Shown: in pieces, positions 23,901-33,939 of the stretch
Layout of the letters: each line of letters opens with the position of its first letter
Numbering within the stretch: the first letter of the stretch is position 1
Assembly: GCA_030390025.1 (NCBI GenBank)
Contig: CM059432.1
Span: 107,510,001 to 107,574,000, forward strand
From: Squalus acanthias
Taxonomy: Eukaryota
Reading direction: 5' to 3'
DNA: 64,000 nucleotides
Notes under the pieces: model-generated
Databases searched by the model: none
Told to the model about the DNA's origin: nothing
The model's input: the letters and a program-made list of their open reading frames with translations, nothing else
Position numbers and translations under genes: made by a program

Positions 23901-24911
23901 ATTAATTGATGCTTTTGTAGCTGCATGGAATAGGTTCTGAGGACAAGCAGCTGTAATTGGTGTCGTTGCACAAAGAGTGGCTGAAATTCTAGGTGTGTTT
24001 CTTCGAGAAAAAACCCGAGAGGAAGCACGATAGTTTTTAGTTGGAACATCCTGATAGGCCCTTACTGGGGCAGTTCGGTAGGACTTAGCTTGATAAGCCC
24101 TCGTAGAGGCTCTTGATAGGCAAACCTTTACAAAATGACCCTTTTTGTTGCAATGACTGCAAAACGCATTGCGAGCAGGGCAGAATCTCCGAGGGTGAAA
24201 CTCATCACCACAAAAAAAGCATTTCTTAGATTGCCAAGAGGCTGCCACAGTGGGGTCATCATCCTCTTCATCAGTGAAGTCATCAGATCGATCGTCAGGG
24301 ATAAAGTCCTCCCTAATAGAGTTCACCTGTGGCCTCTTAAATTGCCTGACTGTAGTTAAGGCAGCAGACCGAGGTCTGGGCACTGTAAAAAGGTCTGCAT
24401 TTCTTTTTGCCAGATCTAGAGAGCAAGCCAGGTCATAAGCTCTCTGCAGCTCAAGTGTCTTACTTTCCAGTAGACGCTGGCGTATAAATGGGGAGGCAAG
24501 CCCGCAGATGAACGCATCACGGATCATTTCTTCGCGGTATAGCTCAGCTGAGGCTGCCCGAAAGTTACAGTCCATACTAAGTCTGCGAAGCTCTTGGAGG
24601 AATTTATCAATGGATTCCTCCGGCCCTTGTTGGGCTGTAGCTAGTAGATGTCTAGCACAGACCTCATTCGGTGTCTTAGTATATAGTCTCTTAAGCGTCT
24701 GAATTGCCTCCTCATAACTGTCCCAGTCTTCCACATACTGAAATACATTCGGGGTGACACAGTTGATGAGTATCCGCAACTTTGAGTTATCATCAGCTTT
24801 GCAATACTCAAGAAAATTCTCAAACGTGCGATACCAGTGTTTCCACACCTTACCGGCTGCTGGGGTGTTTGGGTCCAAGTCAAGACGCGATGGTTTAAGG
24901 ATGTTTTCCAT
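20955..24911 (-). CDS. Gag-Pol polyprotein (1318 aa): gag with tandem zinc knuckles, protease, RT, RNase H, integrase
   Basis: CFFCGDEFHPRRFC and CSHCNKKGHFVKVC knuckles; ALIDSGS protease; RLCIDYS, LPFGV and YLDN (RT); VECDAS, EKEA and TDQRS (RNase H); H-H-C-C plus IDFKGP, HSDRG and GQVER (integrase); Gypsy domain order. Confidence 0.97.
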   Translation of the reverse strand: MENILKPSRLDLDPNTPAAGKVWKHWYRTFENFLEYCKADDNSKLRILINCVTPNVFQYVEDWDSYEEAIQTLKRLYTKTPNEVCARHLLATAQQGPEESIDKFLQELRRLSMDCNFRAASAELYREEMIRDAFICGLASPFIRQRLLESKTLELQRAYDLACSLDLAKRNADLFTVPRPRSAALTTVRQFKRPQVNSIREDFIPDDRSDDFTDEEDDDPTVAASWQSKKCFFCGDEFHPRRFCPARNAFCSHCNKKGHFVKVCLSRASTRAYQAKSYRTAPVRAYQDVPTKNYRASSRVFSRRNTPRISATLCATTPITAACPQNLFHAATKASINGHTLDALIDSGSTDSFIREQTVAQLKLHVFPSDQAVAMAQSSLNTRISGFCVVEIMLNGHRYPSTRLSVLKDLCSDLILGLDFQKQHKKLTIEFGGSKPELTISNIRPRLPFCALSAASLDEPSLFASIPPRCKPIITKSRRFSQEDQSFIAAEISRLIAEDIIEPCSSPWRAQVVIVKNPLQPHKKRLCIDYSQTINQYTDLDAYPLPRIDDMVNKLAEYTVFSTYDLKSAYHQVPLKVSDKQYTAFEANGRLYQFRRLPFGVTNGVAVFQRAMDDLVKQEDLKDTFPYLDNITVAGRNQQEHDANLQRFWDALQHRNLTLNAAKSIESQPTINILGYCVGNGIIKPDPERLRPLQELPPPKNPASLRRALGLFAYYAKWIPNFSDRIQPLLKASTFPLDTTAVAAFNLLKKQLEKAALHSIDESLPFVVECDASEVAISATLNQEGRPVAFLSRTFQGAELHYPPVEKEATAIIEAVRKWSHLLARQHFTLITDQRSVAFMLDNRKRTKIKNNKIQLWRLELASFGYTIHYRPGKENVAPDTLTRAFCSAMAPSTLVDIHDGLCHPGVTRMLHFVRSRNLPFSTGDVKKMCSDCRVCAELKPRFFRPSGGILIHATQPMQRLSIDFKGPLPSSTRNTYLLTMVDEYSRFPFAFPCPNMLTTTVISCLEQVFAFCGMASYVHSDRGPSFMSGELKAYLSERGIAASKTTPYHPVGNGQVERFNAIIWNAVRLALRSRGLPNQHWEAVLPDALHSTRSLLSTATNTTPHERFFRFQRRSSYGTSLPSWLTAPGPVLLRRYVRASKNDPLVDEVELTDVNPTYAYIRYPDGRESTVSLRDLAPCPPKHRGTPGDDIVPGTSLGLPGASHHDRDLTPAGTSLQRADLGQTDYEPVGARTRSHDQPCTVRSETDLPQPCPTPIRVPVHSQDRSDPSQSGLEHSDSGPWPAAGKRARGPLPLREPKRVRLSLIQRLRNGGSIPAS

Positions 24912-24990
24912 GATGGGTGATTCCCTGGATCCTTAGCTCCGAGTTCGTCCAAAAAGTTTGAGTGCGAAGTTTTTCCAAAGTTGATTAAAT

Positions 24991-25173
24991 TGTCGTAAGA
25001 ATGAGCCTTACGCGTGGTAAACTTAATGTAAGCTTTAATCAACTTAAAACGGTGCTGCATACAAAAGAGGTCTTACCCTATGCCTCTTCCAGATCTAACT
25101 GATCAGTCCAGTATTTATCCTGGACTGATTACAGGAAGTGATGTAATACAGGAAGCTGAAAAGTGTTACCACA
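24991..25173 (-). repeat. 5' LTR of the Gypsy element
   Basis: Direct repeat of 20754-20936; TATA-like GATAAATA and polyA-like ATTAAA on the minus strand. Confidence 0.97.
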
Positions 25174-25395
25174 GGCCGGTCTTCCCAGGTGTTTTTTTTT
25201 TTAAAAAGACTAGCACAAGAACCAACACAAATTGACAGGATATGCAGCCAGCAGGTGGTTTGACACGTTGGACCCCCTGGGACACATCTCATTGTCTTGG
25301 CTGTGCTCTTAGTGTGTCTTTGATGTAGGGAAATATTTGAATAGATTTTGTCTGTGTTTAAATTGTGAATTCTGGGAGATTCTCTCACTGCTAAC

Positions 25396-25433
25396 TTACC
25401 TGAGGAAGGAGCGACAGCTCCGAAAGCTTGTAA
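25396..25433 (+). ncRNA. Minimal type I hammerhead ribozyme (Penelope-associated)
   Basis: TTAC-CTGAGGA-A-GGAGC-GACA-GCTCC-GAA-AGCT-T-GTAA: helix I TTAC/GTAA, CUGANGA core, 5-bp helix II, GAAA, palindromic helix III AGCT. Confidence 0.85.
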
Positions 25434-28400
25434 AATTAAATAAATCTGTTGGACTATAACCTGGTGTTGTGCGACTTCTCATTTTTTTCTAAATGAAGAT
25501 TTATCCTGTCCTTCAGAATTCTTTCCAATAATTTTCCCACCACCGAGGTTAGGCTGACTGGCCTGTAATTACTCGGTCTATCCTTTTCTCCCTTTTTAAA
25601 CATTAGCAGTCCTCCGGCACCACACCTGAAGCCAGAGAGGATTGAAAAATGATGGTCAGGGCCTCTGCTATTTCCTCTTTTGCTTCGCTTAGCAGCCTGG
25701 GATACATTTCATCCGGGCCTGGGGATTTATCCACTTTTAAAGCTGCTAAACCCCTTAATACTTCCTCTCTCACTATGTTTATTTCATCTAATATTTCACA
25801 CTCCTCCCCCCCGATAGCAATGTCTGCTTCGCCCCTCTACTTTGTGAAAACAGACGCAAATATTCATTAAGAACCCTACCGACGTCTCCCGCCTCCACAC
25901 ATAGATTACCCTCATGATCTCTAATAGGCCCTACCCTTTCTTTAGTTATCCTTTTACTCTTAATATATTTATAAAACATCTTTGGGTTTTCCTTGATTTT
26001 ACTTGCCAAGAATTTTTCATGCTCTCTCTTTGCTTTCCTAATATCATTTTTAATTGCACACTTGCACTTTCTGTACTCCTCTAAAGATTCTGGAGTATTT
26101 AGCCCTCGGTATCTGTCATACGCCTCCCTTTTTTTCTTTATCCTACCCTGCATGTCTCTAGACATCCAGGGGGTTCTAGATTTGTTAGTCCCACCTTTTT
26201 TCTTTAAGGGCACATATTTGGTCTGAACCCTCCGGATTTCATCCTTGAATGCCTTCCACTGCTCTGACACTGATTTACCTTCAAGTAGCTGTTTCCAGTC
26301 CACTATAGCTAAATCCCCTCTGAGCTTATCAAAATTTGCTTTTCCCCAATTTAGAATTTTTATTCCTGGTCTATCCTTGTCCTTTTCCATAACTACCTTA
26401 AATCTAACAGAATTATGGTCACTAGCACCAAAATGCTCCCCTACTGATACGCCTTCTACCTGCCCAGCTTCATTCCCTAAAACTAAGTCCAGAACCACCC
26501 CCTTCCTTGTTGGGCTTGCTACATACTGGCTAAAAACGTTCTCCTGGATGCATTTTAGGAATTCCGTACCTTCTATACCCTTCACACTAATTTTATCCCA
26601 GTTAATATTGGGGTAGTTGAAATCCCCTACTATTATTGCCCTATAGTTTTTGCACTTCTCAGAAATTTGGCTACATATTTGTTCTTCTATCTCCCTCTCA
26701 CTGTTTGGGGGTCTGTAGTACACTCCCAGCAGTGTGATCGCCCCTTTTTTGTTTTTCAATTCGACCCATATGGCCTCGTTTGATGATCCCTCCAACATAT
26801 CATCCCTCCTCACAGCTGTAATAGTTTCTTTAATCAATACCCCCTCCCTTTTTCCCTCCCTCTCGATCCCGTCTGAAAATCCTGTAACCAGGAATGTTGA
26901 GCTGCCATACCTGCCCCTCTTTCAGCCACGTCTCTGTAATAGCTATAATATCATAGTCCCAAGGACACCCAAAGCACTTTGAAAACCAACATTTACTAGT
27001 CTCTCACCATTTAAAAATTATTCTCCTTTTCCATTCTTCCTACCACAGTGGATAATTTCCACTTCCCCACATTATACTCCATCTTCTTGTCCAATCACTT
27101 AACCTGTCTATATCTCTTTGCAGCCTCTTTGCATCCTCCTCACAACTTACTTTCCCACCTAGCTTTGTATCGTCAGCAAACTTGGATATATTACACTCGA
27201 TCCCCTCATCTAAATCATTGATATAGATTGTAAATAGCTGAGGCCCAAGCACTGATCCTTGCAGCACCCCACTAGTTATACCCTGCCTTCCCAAAAATGA
27301 CCCATTTATTCCTACTCTCTGTTTTCTGTCCATTAACCAATCCTCAATCCATGCTAATATATTACCCCCAATCCCATGAGACATGATCTTGTGTAACAAC
27401 CTCTTATGTTGCACCTTATCGAATGCCTTCTGAAAATCCAAAAATACAGCATCCACTGGTTCCCCCTTATCTACCGTGCTAGTTACACCCTCAAAAAACT
27501 GTCAAACACCATTTCCCGTTCATAAAACCGTGTTGACTCTGCCTAATCATATTGTGATTTTCCAAGTGTCCTGTTACAACATCCTTAATAATAGATTCTA
27601 GCATTTTCCCTATTACTGATGTCAGGCTAAATGACCTATCGTTCCCTGTTTTCTCGCTCCCTCCTTTCTTGAACAACAGGGTTACATTTGCTACCTTCCA
27701 ATCCATGGGGACCATTCTAGAATCTAGGGATTCTGGAAGATCAAAACCAATGCATCCACTATCATTGTAGCCACCTCTTTTATAACCCTAGGGTGTAGGC
27801 CATCAGGTCCAGGGAATTTGTTGGCTTTTAGTCCCATTGATTTTTCCAGTACCTTTTCTTTACTAACATTAATTACTTTTAAGTTCCTCACTTCCATTAG
27901 ACCCTTGGTTCCCCCATAATTTCCAATATGTTCTTTGTGTCTTCTACTGTGAAGATAGACACAAAATATTTGTTTAACATCTCCATTCCTTATTCCCCAT
28001 TATAAATTCTCCCGTCTCTGCCTCTAAGGGACTCATGTTTACTTTTGCTAATCTCTTCCTTTTTACATACTTGTAAAAGCTCTTACAATCTGTTTTTATA
28101 TTTCTTGCTAGTTTAATCTCATATTCTTTTTTCTCCCACTTTATCAATTTCGTGGTCATCCTTTGCTGATTTCTAAGAACCCTCCCAATCCTCAGGCTTA
28201 CTATTCTTTTTGGCAACATTGTAAGCCTCTTATTTTAATCTAATACTATCCTTAACTTCTCTAGTTAGGTATGGTTGTACCACTTTTCCAGTGGAGTTTA
28301 TATTCCTCAAAGGATGTATATTCGTTGAGAATTCTAAATTATTTCGTTAAATGTTTGCCATTGCTTATCTACCATCATATCTTTTAATCTAATTTTCCAA

Positions 28401-29832
28401 TCTACCTCAGCCAACTCGCCCCTCATACCTCCCTAATTGGCTTTGTTTAAAGTTAAGACCCTAGTTTCAAACTTAACTACATCACTCTCAAACTTAATAT
28501 GAAATTCTATCATATTATGATCACTCTTCCCAGAGGATCCTTTACTATAAGATTACTCATTAACCCTGTCTCATTACACAATACTAGATCTAAAATAGCC
28601 TGTTCCCTATTTGGTTCCTTGACATATTGTTCTAGAAAACTGTTTCGAATGCATTCCATGAACTCGTCTTCCAAGCTACTTTTGCCAATTTGGTTTGCCC
28701 AGTCTACTTGAAGATTAAAGTCCCCCACGATTATTGTATTACCCTTGTTACATGCTCCTCTAATTTCCCAATTTATACTTGATCCAACACTATGATTACT
28801 GTTAGGGGGCCTATAAACTACTCCCACCAGTGTTTTCTGCACTTTGTTATTTATTAGTTCCACCCATACTGATTCTACATTCTGATTTTCTGGGCTAAGA
28901 TCCTTTCTCACTACTGCCTATATCTCATCCTTTATTATCAGGGCTACCCTGCCTCCTTTTCCATTTTGCCTATCTTTTCTAAAAGTCAAGTACCCTGGAA
29001 TATTTAGTACCAAACCCTGGTCACCCTGCAACCACATCTCAATAATGGCTACTAGATCAAATCCATTTGTGTCATTAATTCATCTATCTTGTTACAAATG
29101 CATTCAGATACAGCGCCTTTAATTTTAACTTTTTACTATTTTTTCCTGATGTGGCCTTAGTAGTTAATGCCCTATTACCGTTATTAAACTCTCTGTCCCT
29201 TCCTGACACAATCTGCTTGATTTTACCCAAATCACTACTCTGCTCTACAGCCTTGATTTTACTCTTCAGACTTTACCCTTACCGGAACCCTCCCTATCAA
29301 ATCTAATCCAATCATCCACGTGCTGATGTAACAGAAATCTAGCTAAATGTGTTGTTGCAGTTCTGGGGGATTGTTTATATTCATCTGAATAGGAAACGAT
29401 TATTTATTTTGAAAGAATACTCTTTGAAAGGAATTTATGCCCAGAAAATGACCTTTATTGTGGCGTCTAAGGCCTGAAGCATACACTGACAAGGAGAATT
29501 TAAGCCTGAGCATCAAAAATATTTCCACTGGTGCCTTAGTGGTGTTAGAGCAATAGTTTCCAAATTCCAAAACATAACTGTACAACTCTCTAATGGAAAT
29601 GAATCTCAAAGAAAGACTTGTTAGGTTCTGACTAATCAACAGCTCCTCTCTCAGAACTATGGCATGTCATGGGTAAAAGTAAACTTTGAATGTCAGTTAT
29701 CTGCATGTTAACAAGTTGTTTTCTAAAAACTCTTGCAGAATATCTGTATTTCCTAACACTTTATATATAAGGAATCTCCCAATTAAAATTGTGGTGAGCT
29801 TTTAAAAAGTACATTATTTAAGTGGATACAAT

Positions 29833-30614
29833 GGGGTAATTTTAACCCCAAGAAATGGGTGGGTTGGGGTCAGGTGGGATGTTAAAATTTTAAAAATCTC
29901 AAACCCGACCCCAACCCACCTCCAACGCACTCATTTCTGGTCTTAGCGGAGGTGGGACGGAGGGGGGGGGGGGCGGGCAACCAACCCGCTTCCAGGAGCC
30001 AGGTTGGCTATTTAAATATTATAATGAGGCTGTGTGCCTCATATTTAACCTGTCTTCCAGGTTTAACCCTGGCCGGGTGGTGTTCCCGAGCCTTGGGACA
30101 CCAGGCAGCTGAAGGGAGGCAAGGACTGCTTTGTGGAAAGGGTAAGTACCTTTGCAGCACTGCTTGTGGTCTAAGAGGAGCAGGAGTACTTCACCCGGCC
30201 CCCCAAGCTTACCTGCCCACCACTGGACCAGCCCTATGCAAAGAACCCCCCGGGGATCGGACCCCCCAGAATCAGCGATCAACCCCCCCCCCTCTCCAAA
30301 ATCGGCAACCAGCCCCCCGAGATTGGATCTCGCGCCCCCGCACCCCCCAGGATCGGAACCCGCCCCAGGAATCGAACTTTCCCTGCAGGGATCGGCGACC
30401 ACCAGCCCCACTCACCCCCACTAACCAAGCTGCAGGTTCCCTACCTGCTCTTGGGCTGCGGCGACCTCCGAAGCATTTCCTACTGGCTTCTGGGCAGGGA
30501 ACGAACCTACTGCAAAAAAAAGACGCACGCTGTGGATTCAAAACTCCACAGCGTGCGGCCTGGCCAAAACCCTTCCCGCTCCACCCCAATCCCCCCGCCC
30601 ACAAGACCAGCCCC
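29833..30614. mobile_element. Harbinger-like MITE (degenerate TIRs)
   Basis: GC-rich island starting GGGGTAATTTT and ending AAGACCAGCCCC; subterminal GGGTGGGTTGGGGTC / AAACCCGACCCC motifs as in 8595-9352; flanks AAT / AGT may be a mutated 3-bp TSD. Confidence 0.6.
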
Positions 30615-31241
30615 AGTAAATATTGGGGCAAATTAGTCTTTGTCAGAAAATGAGTGCAACTATACTCAAGTATAGTTTGCATTGTCACACCCGTTAATGC
30701 AGCTTTCAAAGTTGCTTACATGTTAATGTGCTCGCTAATGCAGTTTACACTGTCACAAGGTGTCAATGCACCCTCTAGTGTAGTTTATACTGTCATGCAT
30801 TTTAATGTTGAAGTAAAAGAGTGTGAGAGGCTGTGCGGTGGGCACAGGACCTGGGCATGGGTGAGTGCAGGTTGGGATTCCAGGTGTGTGTCTGAGTCAT
30901 TGTGCAGCACAATTAGTGGCAGGAAAAATTTGGGACAAAGGAATCTTGCAGCACTGGCCAATAACGGCCTCCCTGTGAAGGAGAAGTTATGGCCGTGAGG
31001 TCTGTCACCGTAAATCTCTGCCGCCAGTGCTGCCTACCCCATATAAAGTGGCAAAATCAGTAAACCAGCCGCCCAGCTGGCTGTAGTTGGTTTCTTTAAG
31101 CTCTCTTTCCATTCTGAAAGTGCTTTGGAACGTTGTGTTTGTTTTAGTGGCAGCAGAGATATTTGGTTATGTTTTACGCCGTGCTTTTGGCTGTATTGAT
31201 GTGCGAGCTGCCATTTTTGCATGTTTCAACAGCCACAATTA

Positions 31242-31470
31242 ACAACTTGCATTTATATAGCACCCTTAATGTAGAAAAACGTCCCACAGTGCTTCTCAGA
31301 GGTATAATCATAACAAAAAAATGAAATATTGGGAGGGGTCTTCAAAATCTTGGTCAAGGAGGTGAGTTTTAAGGAGGGTCTTAAAGAAGGAAGGTGGAGG
31401 TGTAGGGAGGGAATTCCAAAGTGTGGAGCCTAGACAGCTGAAGGCATGGCCCCCCCCCCCAGTGGTGGGA
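31242..31470 (-). mobile_element. L2-type LINE 3' fragment
   Basis: ACAACTTGCATTTATATAGCAC tail and GGGAATTCCA...CCTAGACAGCTGAAGGCA, the reverse complement of the L2 3' ends. Confidence 0.7.
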
Positions 31471-32135
31471 CCTCTTTATCTTTCCAACAATTGGTTGCTG
31501 GGCCTACCTCTCACCAGGTGCCAGGAGCCTTTAAAAATAATTCGTACAATTTTCGCCGTGTGGCAGCTCTCTGTGCCACTGGACTCATCATACTGCGTAG
31601 CATTCACTTTGTAGTCTGGCCCATCTCCTACATTTCCTGCACCACAGTTGTTGTTGCTGATGGTGCCAGGACAAACATACGCAGGGCCCAGAATTAAACT
31701 TTGCTTAAAAATGGGAACAAGCTGCGGCTAGAATGGTTGATCTTGGCTTTTGCTTTTAGAAGTAACAAATCATTCAATCAAAAACACATCCTGTGGCTGC
31801 AAAAGTCAACTGTGGAATGTAATATTGGAAGTAAGGTTTGCTTTAAAGGTTGGCACCCCAATATCAAGGAGAGTCTTCTCATAAACCCTTTCACTCTTAT
31901 TCCCCCTTTGCAATATTGGAACCTTTGACTAGCTCTGAGCAATGCTAGCAGAGGTCTGCTAGTACTCTAGTATTGATATTGTCCCTTAAATAATCCATTA
32001 ACTAGATTAACTTCTATTTAGCATCTTATGAACCATGACAGGAAAAATGTCAATCAGTATAACAACTTAGCCTGAAATGAGTGATAGTGCCACATAACAG
32101 CAAATATATCCGTGCTTTCATAGAATAAAAAGAAC

Positions 32136-32236
32136 AAAAGACTTGTATTTATATCGTGCCTTTCACAACATCAGGACGTCCCAAAGTGCTTTGCAGCCAA
32201 TGAAGTGATTTTGAAGTGTAGTCACTGTTGTAATAG
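32136..32236 (-). mobile_element. SINE 3' tail fragment
   Basis: Matches 7150-7250 (CAGGACGTCCCAAA...CAGCCAAT.AAGT..TTTTGAAGTG.AGTCACTGTTGTAAT). Confidence 0.7.
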
Positions 32237-32715
32237 GTGAAGAGATTTGAATGTAAAAGTAATGGCAAACTGCTAAGCTACAACTGCCAATTACGCTGCA
32301 TTCCATTAAGCTACTCATCAAAGACATCAATAAATTGTGTGATTCCCAGCTGATTAACCAGATCTGTTGAAATATTAATTAATTAGCCCAGTTCATAAAC
32401 ATCTCATTAACACTCAAATAATGAGCTACCATACGATACAAGCACAACAAATTAGCAGGAAATGCATTAATTGACAACTACAATAATTTGCATTTACACA
32501 GTACCATTAATGTGGAAAATATCTCAAAGCGCTTCACAGAGGAAAAATCAAAAAATGGAGGCTGTGTTTATTTGCACCAGATTGGTTGGTTTGGACCAGA
32601 TTTCTGATTGGTCCCCTTGGAGGACAAGACACACCCAACAGTTCTGGAATGTGTAATTTGATCCTGCCTCCTGGAGAGTAATTCAAAGTCTCTGCAATGT
32701 GTAATTTGATCCAAA

Positions 32716-32782
32716 TTGAGAGGTCGCACAACACCAGGTTATAGTCCAACAGTTTTATTTGAAATCACAAGCTTTCGGAGCT
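32716..32782 (-). mobile_element. Penelope-like 3' end fragment (same family as 20566-25485)
   Basis: Reverse complement of ~25416-25482; truncated inside hammerhead helix II. Confidence 0.7.
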
Positions 32783-32959
32783 ATCGATTGATCCAGTCAT
32801 TATCACAGGCAGGCTCCCGGAGACAAGCTGCTCCAGTGTAGCCATGACAGTGACATCTAGCTGTTTAATGTGGAGGGTCACCTAGAAAAGCAAGATAACT
32901 CTCACACGGCCACATACGGCCTGCCCTGTTGACCTCCTCCCAATCATCAGTTGAGTGAT

Positions 32960-33110
32960 ATAAAATAAAATGCTGGAAATGCTCAGCAAGTCAGGCAGCA
33001 TCTGTGGAGCGAGAAGCAGAGTTAACGTTTCAAGTCAATGACCTTTGATCAGAACGTGAAATATTAACTCTGTTTCTCTTTCTGTAAATGCTGCCTGATT
33101 TGCTGAGTGA
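32960..33110. mobile_element. Penelope-like pseudo-LTR pieces in inverted arrangement (same family as 57378-58495)
   Basis: The minus-strand copy 32960-33056 has a mutated hammerhead (CTGATCA...GAAACGTTAACT); a plus-strand copy TTAACTCTGTTTCTCT...ATGCTGCCTGA follows. Confidence 0.7.
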
Positions 33111-33769
33111 AATCCACAGCAGTGACTATTTTACATAATTTGAGCTGCACGTTTGGTTTAGTGAGGCACAATTCATTCAACTAGAACAGGTAAGGGTGAC
33201 GTCATTGCAAGTGACCTCACTAGTAGAACCGTAGATTTTTAGCATGCACTGAGAATGACATCATCGAGTGGCCCGGCTCTTGCGCAGGATAACATCACAG
33301 GTCAACCGAAAACCAGAAGTAGCCACACTGTCGCTAATCACTCCATCAAACTAAACACACTGGGTGACCGCTGCAGTGCGGATCGGGCATTGTGTGTGGG
33401 TCACAGATTGTTAACAGGTTTATTGGGTACGAAGTGAATAGTGACAGTGTCATGGCTTACGGATTTCGTCCAGTCCAATAATATCACTTGCTGCACATGT
33501 GCTGGGCTTTCCGAGAAATCAACTCACTGCCATTCATGGTCAAGAGTATAATCCAGGTCTGGGGGGAGGAGAGGGAGAACGTGCTGCAGGTGTAAAGGGG
33601 GTGGGGGTGGGGCTGGAAGAACATGTTCCACATCTATAATAGAGGGGGAAAACATGAGCCGTCTTCCAACCAGGATCACGTTCTTGCTCTTATCCCCCCC
33701 GCCTTTAGACCAGGATCACGTTCTTCCCCTATCCCCACTGTTCTTCCCGTGCTCTTCCCCCCGCCCCCT

Positions 33770-33939
33770 CCCCCGAGTTCCTGACCTTGTCTCCCACTGA
33801 ATTCCTGACCTTCTCCCGCTGCCCTCCGAGTTCCTGACCTTCTCTCCCTCCGCTGAGTTCCTGACCTTCTCTCCCACCGAATTCCTGACCTTCTCCCGCT
33901 GCCCTCCGAGTTCCTGACCTTCTCTCTCCCCGAATTCCT
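33770..33939. repeat. Minisatellite, ~22-26 bp unit (CCGAGTTCCTGACCTTCTCYC), left part
   Basis: About seven imperfect copies; the same core resumes after the CR1 insertion at 35070. Confidence 0.85.

Larger units (their letters stand above)
20754..25173 (-). mobile_element. Full-length Ty3/Gypsy LTR retrotransposon (4420 bp, Mag-like gag)
   Basis: Two 183-bp TG...CA LTRs, identical by eye; 5-bp TSD GGCCG (20749-20753, 25174-25178); PPT GGGGGGGGAGAA next to the 3' LTR; single gag-pol ORF. Confidence 0.97.
20566..25485 (+). mobile_element. 5'-truncated Penelope-like element (third layer of the nest)
   Basis: 20567-20737 encodes FSSQGHSASDLRVSVLQGGLRDTRQRKIIEQKLIAKFRTHEDGLNRD (GIY-YIG C-terminal E...GLN motifs); hammerhead in the 3' part; 11-bp TSD TTTCTAAATGA at 20555-20565 and 25486-25496. 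Confidence 0.85.
19254..26958 (-). mobile_element. CR1 LINE of a second subfamily (second layer of the nest)
   Basis: CATAGAAT tail at 19254; RT ORF 19525-20442; APE/tether ORF 25788-26837; split at 20565/25486 by a Penelope-like element. Confidence 0.88.
18568..29290 (-). mobile_element. Degraded CR1 LINE (outer layer of the nest): 18568-19253 plus ~26959-29290
   Basis: CATAAGAA tail at 18568; RT pieces 27040-27715; APE piece 28510-28911 (VYRPP, VGDFN); sequence resumes colinearly across the inner CR1. Confidence 0.85.

Noticed and set aside
29952..30709. Overlapping Pro/Gly-rich ORFs (233, 145 and 130 aa)
   Set aside because: They lie in a GC-rich MITE with C-runs; no domain is recognisable and open frames on both strands are expected from composition.
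33198..33205. CRE palindrome TGACGTCA as evidence of a promoter
   Set aside because: A single 8-mer without a linked gene or clear CpG island is not enough support.
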